From the NCBI GenBank assembly GCA_963822585.1, contig CAWGIE010000031.1:160001-224000 (forward strand): a DNA stretch of 64,000 nt, given 5' to 3'. The notes beneath the pieces were generated by a model, which was not told where the DNA came from, ran no database searches, and saw only the letters and a program-made list of their open reading frames with translations. Every line of letters starts with the position of its first letter. Position 1 is the first letter of the stretch. The stretch comes from an uncultured bacterium. Its GTDB lineage: Bacteria; Auribacterota; Erginobacteria; Erginobacterales; Erginobacteraceae. Made by a program: the position numbers and the translations under genes. Positions 19,857-28,502 of this stretch are shown piece by piece.

Positions 19857-22800
19857 ATGAAACTTTTTCACTTCACGGCAGCCATAACGGTCCTGCTTTC
19901 TCTCATTGTTGCCCCGGCTTTTGGGGCCTCCCCCCATCCCCTGGACACCCCGGCCATCAACTTTCAGGGACGGATCGAGGTCGGCGATGTCGGATACACC
20001 GGGTGGTCGAAGTTCACTTTCACGATCGGGAATGAGGGCTTTTCCACCGTCTACTGGGGATCCTGGGCGGAAACGACCTGTACCGAGGGCATCTACAACG
20101 TGATCCTGGGGCGTGATACCGACACCCCCCTGACCGATGCCGTCTTTAACCACCAGGACGCCTATTACCTTCGGGTGGGTTTCTCGACTGATGGAACTAA
20201 TTTTGAGACCCTCTCCCCCGATCAGGAGATCGTTACCGTCCCCTTCTCTGTCAATTCCGATCGATTGGATGGCCTGGACAGCCCCGACAGCGCGATCGTG
20301 GGTATCAGCGATACCCAGACCTTGACCGATAAAACCCTGACGGCGCCGATCCTGACCCGGCCGATCATGGACAGCACCTACTTCACCGTCCAGCCGGCGG
20401 CACTCCCGACCAACCCGGCCGAGGGGTACATCGCCTACGACAACGCCAGCGACACGCTGCAGTATTATGCTCCCGGTGGCTGGGTCACCCTGACCGGGGC
20501 GGGGGGCGGCGCCGTGCTCGGCTCGGGGGCCGATACCCAGGTCGCTTACTGGACCGCGGCGGATACCGTCGCCGGGGAGGCCGCCCTTACCTACGACTAC
20601 ACCAATGACAAGCTCACCGCCACCTCCGGGGCGACCACCGGCCAAGCGCTTCAGGTCGTGGCCGACTCCCTGACCACCGGGACCGCCCTGGACGTCTCAT
20701 CGGCCGCCGGTGAGGACGCCACCTATCAGCTCGTCACCTTCACCGCCGCTACCGGGCAGGCCCTGGTCGTTACCCATACCGGGGGGGTGGGGGCCGGTCA
20801 CGAATCGGTCCTGATCGACCGCAACAACAACGGCCGGGCCCTGACCGTCGAAGGGGACGTCACCACCCAGAAACTTGCTTACCTGACCGATCAAAGCTCG
20901 ATCACCAGCGGGAATATCCTCTGGCTCCATGCCGGCAATACCGCCTTTGACGCCGGCGGCTCGATACTTTACGTCAATGCCGCCAGCAATCAGGGAGCGG
21001 GGAAAGGGATAACCGTCATTCAGCGGTCCAGCGGGGACGGGATCTACGTCAGCAAATCGGCCACCGCCGCCGTGGGGATGGCGGCGCGTTTCAACCAGGC
21101 AACCGACTCCGGGGACGGCACGCTGGATGACGACGAAGGGGGAACCGTCCATATCTACAATAACCAGCCAAACTACGCCCTGACGGTCTATTCTCCCAGC
21201 AGCCTCAACCCCAGCAAGCCTCTGGTCGCTTATAAGTCGCTCTCGACCAATTTCGACCAGCCGATTCTCGAACTCTTTCCCGCCGCCGGGAGCGAAGCCC
21301 CTCCTCTGTACCTGCACCCGCTCTCCGGAGCCCCGGACGGGGTTGAAGGCGGACCTCAACAGGGCATGATCTATGTGAACAGCACCAATAAGGGCCTCTA
21401 CTATTACAACGGGGCCGACTGGCTCGCCCTGACCGCCAGCACCGGCGGAACTGGCACCTTCGCCACGGTAGAGCTGGATAATCTCTCCGGTGTGGCGATC
21501 AACACCAGCCTGCTGCCGACGGATGACGGGGTGACCGTTGACCTGGGGAGTTCGGCGAAATCGTTCAAGGACGCTTACATCGACGGGACCGCCGCGATTG
21601 CCACCGTCGACATCAACGCCGGGAATATCGACGGAACGCTGATCGGGGCGAGCGCCCCCTCCTCCGCCGAGTTTACCAGTATGACCGCCGATATCATCGG
21701 CCTGGATGCGGACGGAGCAGCGGCAAACCCGGCCCTCACCTGGGACGCGGATCAAGATACGGGATTTTATCGGATTGCCGCTAACAGCATCGGGATTGCT
21801 AACGCCGGCACCCTGATGGCGACCTTTGACGGCACCGGCCATTTTATTCTGAGCCAGAACGGATCGAACACCAACCCGATCGTCTCCCTGGGGGGCGAGA
21901 GCAACACCGGTATCTACCAGGCTGACAATGAGAACATCGACTTCACGAACGTCGGAACCCGGCGTTTCTCGATGCGTTCATCCGGGATTTTTCGCCTGAT
22001 CGGGGCGGCCGCCGTGCCGGCCGCCGCCGCCTCTAATGCGGGGGGGATCTTCTGGGACAGCGACGATAACGCTTTAATGTACAGCGACGGTTCGAAATGG
22101 ACAAAACTGACCGGCCTCAGTGCCGGCGGCCAGCTCCCGGCTTACGGCACCGCCGGCAACATGCTGCGGGACAGCGGGGCAGCCTGGGTCACCACCGGCG
22201 GGATGACCGAGGACGGCTCCGGAAACGTGGTCATCGGGGCCAGCTTAAGCGTCTCGGACGGCAATATCACCAACGTCGGCGATATCGCTCTCGATTCCAT
22301 CTCCGGGGAGAGCACCAACGCCATCCAGATCGGGGACGGAGACGATACCATCACTATCAATGACGACTGGACCGCGGCGGGGCAGACCTGCGCCGACCTG
22401 GGAACTGTCACCACCGCGACCATCTCACAGCTGGCCGGCGCCATGGACGCCAACAACCAGGCGATCACTAACGTAGACATTAACAGCGGCGCGATCGACG
22501 GCGCCACCGTCGGCGCCGCCTCCGCCTCTACCGGCGCCTTCACCACTCTGGCCGCCAACAGCACCGTTAACTTTGACGGCGGCACCTTCACCTTCAACGA
22601 CACCGGCGCCGACCTGGACGCCCGATTCGAGGGCAACGGAGACGCCAACCTCCTCTTCCTGGATGCAAGCCTGAAGACCATTGGCATCGGGACGGGTACT
22701 GCGAACACTGCTAAAGTGACTGTTCAGACTACCGACAACAGAGACGGCATCCGCGTCGATCAGGATGATACCGGAGACGCGATTAAGATCGACCAGGTCG

Positions 22801-23633
22801 GAGCCGGCAATTCCATTGAAATCACTCACGCCGCCACCGCCACCGATGAGGCGGTCTATATCACCAACAATGAGGCCGACCAGGCCTTCTTTATCGATCA
22901 GGTGGGGAATATCGGCAACAGCACGGTGGACAACGATGACGGCGGGGCGATTCACGTTTACAACCATGGCAACTTGGGCAGCGCCATCACCGCCTATGGC
23001 AACGACGACGCCGCCACCGCGCCCCTGGTCTGGCTTCGGGGCGGCAGCAACTTCGACGAGCAACCGGTCGTCCGGATCCAGGGCGACAGCTCCACGGGAC
23101 CGGTACCGTTGTACCTTGATCCCCAGACCAGCGTCGCCGCCGCCTTTAATAGCATGACCGGAGCCATCTACGCCGATACCGACGGGTCGCTCTACTATAA
23201 CAACGGATCCAGCTGGGGGTCGCTCAATACCACCGGGGACTTCCCCGAAGTGATGGAAGCGGTAAAACAGTATACAGCCTATGAAAACGGCGACGTAGTC
23301 GTCCAGTCCAGCATCCCGCTGGCTGTCGATCATTCCGGCGAACCGTACGAGAACGCCATCGTCGGCGTGGTCAGCGACGGGAAGGTCAAGCTCGACCGCG
23401 ACCTCCCCCAGAACGACTACCGGATCGTGATTGCGTGCATCGGCCTGGTGCGTTGCAAGGTGACGAATGAAGGCGGCCCGATTATGCCCGGCGACAAGCT
23501 GGTCTCCAGCTCCACCCCCGGCTACGCCATGAAGGCCGATATGGAGAAGCTCCGGGCCTGGCAGATCGTCGGTACTGCCCGCGAGCCGTTTGCCGACGAT
23601 GCGGGCCTGATCGAGATCATGGTGGGGAAATAG
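19857..23633 (+). CDS. Secreted phage-tail-fibre-like adhesin with putative C-terminal autocleaved chaperone (peptidase G2-like) domain
   Basis: Signal peptide; N-domain INFQGRI...GIYNVILG...LSPDQEIVTVPF...DRLDGLDS; fibre-like repeats (DINAGNIDGTLIGA / DINSGAIDGATVGA); C-terminal GDVV...IVGVVS...GLVRCKVTNEGGPIMPGDKLVSSSTPGYAMKA...IVG.A. RBS GAGGAG. Confidence 0.7.
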   Translation: MKLFHFTAAITVLLSLIVAPAFGASPHPLDTPAINFQGRIEVGDVGYTGWSKFTFTIGNEGFSTVYWGSWAETTCTEGIYNVILGRDTDTPLTDAVFNHQDAYYLRVGFSTDGTNFETLSPDQEIVTVPFSVNSDRLDGLDSPDSAIVGISDTQTLTDKTLTAPILTRPIMDSTYFTVQPAALPTNPAEGYIAYDNASDTLQYYAPGGWVTLTGAGGGAVLGSGADTQVAYWTAADTVAGEAALTYDYTNDKLTATSGATTGQALQVVADSLTTGTALDVSSAAGEDATYQLVTFTAATGQALVVTHTGGVGAGHESVLIDRNNNGRALTVEGDVTTQKLAYLTDQSSITSGNILWLHAGNTAFDAGGSILYVNAASNQGAGKGITVIQRSSGDGIYVSKSATAAVGMAARFNQATDSGDGTLDDDEGGTVHIYNNQPNYALTVYSPSSLNPSKPLVAYKSLSTNFDQPILELFPAAGSEAPPLYLHPLSGAPDGVEGGPQQGMIYVNSTNKGLYYYNGADWLALTASTGGTGTFATVELDNLSGVAINTSLLPTDDGVTVDLGSSAKSFKDAYIDGTAAIATVDINAGNIDGTLIGASAPSSAEFTSMTADIIGLDADGAAANPALTWDADQDTGFYRIAANSIGIANAGTLMATFDGTGHFILSQNGSNTNPIVSLGGESNTGIYQADNENIDFTNVGTRRFSMRSSGIFRLIGAAAVPAAAASNAGGIFWDSDDNALMYSDGSKWTKLTGLSAGGQLPAYGTAGNMLRDSGAAWVTTGGMTEDGSGNVVIGASLSVSDGNITNVGDIALDSISGESTNAIQIGDGDDTITINDDWTAAGQTCADLGTVTTATISQLAGAMDANNQAITNVDINSGAIDGATVGAASASTGAFTTLAANSTVNFDGGTFTFNDTGADLDARFEGNGDANLLFLDASLKTIGIGTGTANTAKVTVQTTDNRDGIRVDQDDTGDAIKIDQVGAGNSIEITHAATATDEAVYITNNEADQAFFIDQVGNIGNSTVDNDDGGAIHVYNHGNLGSAITAYGNDDAATAPLVWLRGGSNFDEQPVVRIQGDSSTGPVPLYLDPQTSVAAAFNSMTGAIYADTDGSLYYNNGSSWGSLNTTGDFPEVMEAVKQYTAYENGDVVVQSSIPLAVDHSGEPYENAIVGVVSDGKVKLDRDLPQNDYRIVIACIGLVRCKVTNEGGPIMPGDKLVSSSTPGYAMKADMEKLRAWQIVGTAREPFADDAGLIEIMVGK

Positions 23634-23644
23634 GCGTATCGGAG

Positions 23645-23728
23645 TAACAAATTAACGCCTTTGGCGCAACCTCGTAGTGCAGGACTTTAGTCCTGCCTTC
23701 GTTGGACACGGCTAAGGCCCTGCACTAC
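23645..23728 (-). mobile_element. REP-doublet element (GTAG...CTAC) with conserved end hairpin
   Basis: gtagtgcaggactttagtcctgc...gctaaggccctgcactac; homologous to 28389-28470 in opposite orientation. Confidence 0.65.
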
Positions 23729-23801
23729 AATATACATATATTAGTTAAAACACCGATCTCAGAAACGGAAATAACTACTATTTTCCCAAAGGAAAAATAG
23801 T

Positions 23802-24161
23802 ATGGGAATGGTATACGTAAAATTAAAATTAGCCAATCCGGCCAAGCCGGAACAGAAAGCCGAAGTTGAATTCTTAGTTGATTCAGGCGCGGTTTATTCC
23901 CTGGTCCCGAAAGAAATCTTATCCAAGCTGGGGATCATGCCTCATTCAAAAAAATCATTTACCCTGGCGGATGGCCGGGTTATCGAGAGAAGGATAGGCG
24001 ATGCTTTATTTTTCTATCAGGGAGCACGGGGGGCTGCCCCGGTCGTCTTCGGACAGAAAGGCGATAGTTGTTTGCTGGGATCGGTTACCTTGGAAGCACT
24101 GGGCCTGGTTTTGAACTCATTTAAACGGGAGCTGACACCGTTGCCGATGTTATTGGCCTAA
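23802..24161 (+). CDS. Small retropepsin-like (clan AA) aspartyl protease
   Basis: FLVDSGA catalytic motif, LADG flap, LLG..TLEALGL; 119 aa. Confidence 0.85.
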   Translation: MGMVYVKLKLANPAKPEQKAEVEFLVDSGAVYSLVPKEILSKLGIMPHSKKSFTLADGRVIERRIGDALFFYQGARGAAPVVFGQKGDSCLLGSVTLEALGLVLNSFKRELTPLPMLLA

Positions 24162-24368
24162 CCCGATTAATTTTCATAAATCGGGTTAGTTTTGAACCAT
24201 GACAAAAGGAAAAAGAATGGCGAAAGAATAGCGAAATCCATAATGAATAATAATGAAGGGGCCGAGGCAGGGGAAAATAATCTATGTTCATCTGTGTAAA
24301 CTTGTGGTGAGCAGAGTCGAATCCATCTGTGGACTAAAAAGGGGCCGAGGGTAGGGTAATTCGCAGCC

Positions 24369-26099
24369 ATGAAGAATTGGTGGACACTACCGATGATGAT
24401 GATGATCGCGTCTTCCGTCAGGGGCGCCTATCCCAAGATGGAGTCCAGCAGCTTCATCATCACCAGTTCCGAGTTCAGCTCGATGGGGAAGTACAAAGTC
24501 TCGGCGTCGTTTGACACCTGGGACACCCTCGGCCAGCCGTCCCCGATCGGCGCTTACTCCCCGGGGGCCGACCTGGGGGGCAGCAACAGCGGCTCGGGCT
24601 GGATCTACACCATCAACCTTCCGGTCTGGTGGGACAAGGACCACGACCGCGATGGGATGCCCCTTTCATTTGAAGAGCAGTTCGCCACCTGGAACGGTCA
24701 TACCATGTCGGATTATAATCCCTATGATGCCAGCGAGGACTGGGATGGCGACGGCTTCACCAACATCCAGGAATTCCTCTCCCGGAGCGACCCCACCGAC
24801 GACGCCTCTTTCCTCCAGTTCACCGATATCCGTCTGGTTACCTCCCAGGGGCGCCCTCTGCTCGCCTGGTGGTCCGCCACCACCGAGCTACTCGGCTTCG
24901 AGGCCGACTACCCCGATTATCCCCGATCGCTCGGTTTTGAAATCCTTTACGCCGACTGGCCGGTCCAGTCCCAGGCCGCCCTTCAGATGCCGAATGAGGA
25001 CTGGTTCAACCAGACCGGCCCCTGGCAGCCCGTCTCCGGCGCCACCGGACTCACAAGGGATGGGGACTTTAATACCTACACCGAAACCATTGCCGGGGGG
25101 GAGATGAACAACGGGGACATCCGATTCTACCGGCTGGCGATCGGGGGGACCTGGGACCAGGGTGAGCCGGACTGGGGAAGCGCGAGTTATTACACCGATG
25201 TCGGCGATCCCCGCCTCTGCAGCACGGTCGCCCGGGAGGTCCTCATGATTCAGAAGAAGGCGATATCCGCCGGCGAGGATTATTTATTTGCCGCCCTGGC
25301 CGGTGTTACAACGGGCGGTGACGGCAAACTCAATTATGTCCTGGGAGAGGAGTTCTTCCCCGCCGGGTTGGTGCCGCCCAATTCGACTAATTTTAATATA
25401 TGGCAAACCCCGTCGGGGACGTTCACCATCGATTATCTGGAGAGCGGCGGCGGCTGGCGCGCGGACGGCGGAGCTCCTTCCACCAGAAAAGTGATCGCCA
25501 ACAACGGATTCCGCATGCTCTTCAAGCCCGCGCTCGCCTCTTCTCTCAACTATTATGCCGGTGCCCAGCTCAAGATGGACAGTTACTATCACGACATCTA
25601 TTCGCGGGACTGGAATGGTCAGACCGTCCGCCCGGGCGACGCGGCCTGGGATTCCTACACCTGCAACCAGGTCACCTTTCTCTCGCTCAACTTCCCGGTT
25701 GAGACCCGCTTCATCGGCGGTCTCACCCCCGAATTCCCCCATCTGGCCGGGAGCACAAGCCCCGTTGATCCCGGCGGTGCGGCGTTCGAGAGCGACTGGG
25801 TCATCTTCTACAACCGCGACCTTTCCGCGCGGGGGGCGGGATCCGATGTGACCGCGGTCATCTATTACGATCACGCCACCGGGGCCGGCCACGATCGTTG
25901 GGAGTATTTTCTGCCCTTATCTCTGTTCGGGGCGGAAGTGAATACCGAACTGGTATTTTCGCCCGGCTCCCCGGTCCTGATCTCGCAGTACTGGAACCCG
26001 AACGATCCCTCAACATGGTCCTCCTTCACGACCGGAGACAGCGTGCCCTATCAGAGCGGGGGGACAAACGATATTGAAACGTATCTGAAAGTACGGTAG
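24369..26099 (+). CDS. Probable secreted protein with Ca-binding DxDxDG repeats and an unrecognised domain shared with two downstream proteins
   Basis: Hydrophobic N-terminus; DHDRDGMP...DWDGDGFTNIQEF..RSDP; mid part matches 50066-50815, C-terminal part matches 52579-53337. Confidence 0.7.
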   Translation: MKNWWTLPMMMMIASSVRGAYPKMESSSFIITSSEFSSMGKYKVSASFDTWDTLGQPSPIGAYSPGADLGGSNSGSGWIYTINLPVWWDKDHDRDGMPLSFEEQFATWNGHTMSDYNPYDASEDWDGDGFTNIQEFLSRSDPTDDASFLQFTDIRLVTSQGRPLLAWWSATTELLGFEADYPDYPRSLGFEILYADWPVQSQAALQMPNEDWFNQTGPWQPVSGATGLTRDGDFNTYTETIAGGEMNNGDIRFYRLAIGGTWDQGEPDWGSASYYTDVGDPRLCSTVAREVLMIQKKAISAGEDYLFAALAGVTTGGDGKLNYVLGEEFFPAGLVPPNSTNFNIWQTPSGTFTIDYLESGGGWRADGGAPSTRKVIANNGFRMLFKPALASSLNYYAGAQLKMDSYYHDIYSRDWNGQTVRPGDAAWDSYTCNQVTFLSLNFPVETRFIGGLTPEFPHLAGSTSPVDPGGAAFESDWVIFYNRDLSARGAGSDVTAVIYYDHATGAGHDRWEYFLPLSLFGAEVNTELVFSPGSPVLISQYWNPNDPSTWSSFTTGDSVPYQSGGTNDIETYLKVR

Positions 26100-26447
26100 C
26101 GCCCAAGGCGCGACCGTACTGTTTCGCAATTTTCAGCCCGAGGCTGATGCGCCTCTGGCGCACAATAAATGTTATTCAAATGGTAACCGCCCCGTATTAG
26201 GCGGGGCGTAATATTGCGCACCCTGAAGGGTGCGGCTACTTAAAGTTAGCGCGAAGCGTTCAGTTCCTGCTTCGGAATTTCAATAATCTTATTTTTCCTC
26301 CGGAAAAATAAGAATGTGCAAGCATTCAACCGACAATGCAGGGATATTTTAAAGAAAATTCGTGTAATCCTTCGGCTACGCTCAGGACAAGTTTCGCGTA
26401 ATTCGTAGTTCTATTGAGTTGCCCGAGCGGAGCGAGGGCTAAGTTCT
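26090..26447 (+). mobile_element. Mosaic of nested short palindromic elements
   Basis: End motif interrupted by a 29-bp insert (26134-26162), REP core (gtaaccgc...gcaccctgaagggtgcggctac), second TTCGGAATTTCAATAA (26271), tccttcggctacgctcaggacaagtt insert (26368-26393), gcccgagcggagcgagggctaagttc. Confidence 0.6.
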
Positions 26448-26496
26448 AAATGAACAAACTGAGTGACCCCGGATTCAATAAGGAATCGACAATAAA

Positions 26497-27996
26497 ATGA
26501 AAAAAACTACCCGCAGTCTCCTTCTTGGATGCCTGGTGCCGGTTCTTGGTCTTCTCCTGATCCCCCAGCCGGTGATGGCCCAGGGTAAGTATTTTTATGT
26601 CTGGAATGAGTGGACTGACGTCGGCGAGCCTTCCCCTTACCCATTCGGGATCCGTGATGAGACGGGACATCTCCTTATAGGCACCAACCCCCTGTCCACG
26701 TCACCCCCCTGGAGCGGCCAGACCGGCGACGTGATCCAGATCATCTATCTGGGTGCCGACGGGATCATCTCCCCCCCGGACGCCAACGGCAATCCCACCG
26801 GGGACGACTCCCTGTTCACGACCACGGTTGTCGGATGGGGGATCCCCTGGTCCGTTCAAACCGACAACGGCCACTTCTCTTATACAATCTATTATTCGGA
26901 GCTTACCAACCCTGCTAATATCTATACCCGAGCCTTTAACGCCTCGGAACTCTCCGAGGCCACCTACTACGGCGACTCGACCTATTTCACCGTCGTCGTG
27001 GACAGTGAAGATGATTTCCCGGTCAATCAATACGGTCTCCTGACCACGGACCAGCCGCTGGCCCCCGGACCATCTCCGACCCCGTCACCAACCTCATCCC
27101 CATCACCGACCGCGTCCCTGACCCCGAGCCCGACCCCGACGGCGAAGATCCCCACCCCTCCACCGACAACCACCCCGACTCCGACGATCATGCCGACGGC
27201 AACACCGACACCGATTGCTAACACCCCCACTCCATCCCCCCGGCCGACCGCCTTCTACCAGGTGATGGGCGGCAACGACTTTAACGGGGACGGGACCGCC
27301 GATATCGCCATCTTCCGGAACAGTCTCTGGGCGGTCCGCGGCCTGACCCGGGTCTATTACGGCAACCCCTCGGGCGACTTCCCCGTCCCCGGCGATTATG
27401 ACGGCGACGGCACCGCCGACATTGCCGTCTTCCGGCCGGCGGCCGGTCTCTGGGTAATCCGGGGCGGCGACCGGGTCTATTTCGGCATTCCGGGCGACCG
27501 GGCCGTCCCCGACGACTACGACGGTGACGGCGCCACCGATATCGCCGTCTTCCGTCCCGCCGGCGGACTCTGGGCGGTCCGGGGTCTGGCTCGGATCTAT
27601 TACGGCGGCGCCGCCGACGCGCCGGTCCCGGCCGATTATGACGGCGACGGCGTGGTCGACCGGGCGATATTCCGGCCGGCGACCGGTCTCTGGGCGGTCC
27701 GGGCCGTGACCCGGATCTACTACGGCCGCGACGGGGACAGCGCCGTCGCGGGCGATTTCAACGGGGACGGGACTGCCGGGATCGGCCTTTTCCGCCAGGA
27801 CAGCGGACTCTGGGTCTTCCGGGGGGTCACCCGGGCGTATTTCGGGCGCAATCTCGATCAACCGGTCTCAGCCGATTATGGAGGGTCCGGCATGGCCGGG
27901 ATCGGGATCTTCCGTCCCTCTACCGGCCTCTGGGCCATCCGCGGCGTCAGCCGGGCTTATTTCGGAGCCGAGGGGGATATCCCTCTCTCGAGATAA
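26497..27996 (+). CDS. Secreted protein: conserved N-domain, Pro/Thr linker, C-terminal FG-GAP/VCBS-like repeats
   Basis: Signal peptide (..PVMA|Q); GDVIQII..G.DG.ISPPD..GNPTGDD domain; about six DYDGDG..DIAVFRP..GLW..RG..R.Y(F/Y)G repeats ending GDIPLSR. Confidence 0.85.
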   Translation: MKKTTRSLLLGCLVPVLGLLLIPQPVMAQGKYFYVWNEWTDVGEPSPYPFGIRDETGHLLIGTNPLSTSPPWSGQTGDVIQIIYLGADGIISPPDANGNPTGDDSLFTTTVVGWGIPWSVQTDNGHFSYTIYYSELTNPANIYTRAFNASELSEATYYGDSTYFTVVVDSEDDFPVNQYGLLTTDQPLAPGPSPTPSPTSSPSPTASLTPSPTPTAKIPTPPPTTTPTPTIMPTATPTPIANTPTPSPRPTAFYQVMGGNDFNGDGTADIAIFRNSLWAVRGLTRVYYGNPSGDFPVPGDYDGDGTADIAVFRPAAGLWVIRGGDRVYFGIPGDRAVPDDYDGDGATDIAVFRPAGGLWAVRGLARIYYGGAADAPVPADYDGDGVVDRAIFRPATGLWAVRAVTRIYYGRDGDSAVAGDFNGDGTAGIGLFRQDSGLWVFRGVTRAYFGRNLDQPVSADYGGSGMAGIGIFRPSTGLWAIRGVSRAYFGAEGDIPLSR

Positions 27997-28262
27997 TACC
28001 GGATGATCCGAGCTTATCCGCCGATGCGGTAAGGCCCCGGGTTTGTCGAGGCTTATCAGTGACCCATGAAATCACCGTGTCATCAACATCTATAATATAC
28101 TATTAAAATATTCTCATCTCCGGGAACGCAAACAGACAAATCCTGCCGGCGGTGGCGGGGTGTCTGTTTATAAAAACGGCGGGGAAAACCGGTATATAAT
28201 ATCTATTATAAATATATAATGTAGGACTTTTTAAAAAAAATCCAAAAATGACATAATTTCAC

Positions 28263-28304
28263 TTGACATTTTGCGGCTTTATGAGATTCTTTATCGTACG
28301 GGGG
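28263..28304 (+). promoter_or_regulatory. Candidate promoter of the giant gene with motif shared with 19597-19637
   Basis: TTGACA-N19-TCTTTATCGTACGGGGG in an AT-rich intergenic region. Confidence 0.45.
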
Positions 28305-28371
28305 TTATGTTTATTGGGGAGTAGTCTGTCTTCGGAAGTCCAAATATTATTCATAAATACTATTTCTTTGC

Positions 28372-28491
28372 TCAAATCAATAAATGTCGTAGTGCAGGGC
28401 TTTAGCCCTGCTTATCTCCTGTGCAGGACTTAAGTCCTGCACAACGAAGTTACGCCGAAGGCGTTAACTTGCTGTTTCGAATTTTTATTAA
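28372..28491 (+). mobile_element. Short conserved-end element with REP-doublet core
   Basis: TCAATAAATGT-[gtagtgcagggctttagccctgc...gcaggacttaagtcctgcacaac]-AAGTTACGCCGAAGGCGTTAACTTGCTGTTTCGAATTTT. Confidence 0.65.
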
Positions 28492-28502
28492 GGACTAATC
28501 CC

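Noticed and set aside
19857..24161. Prophage or retroelement (fibre + retropepsin)
   Set aside because: No capsid, terminase, integrase or reverse transcriptase; the fibre has a signal peptide.
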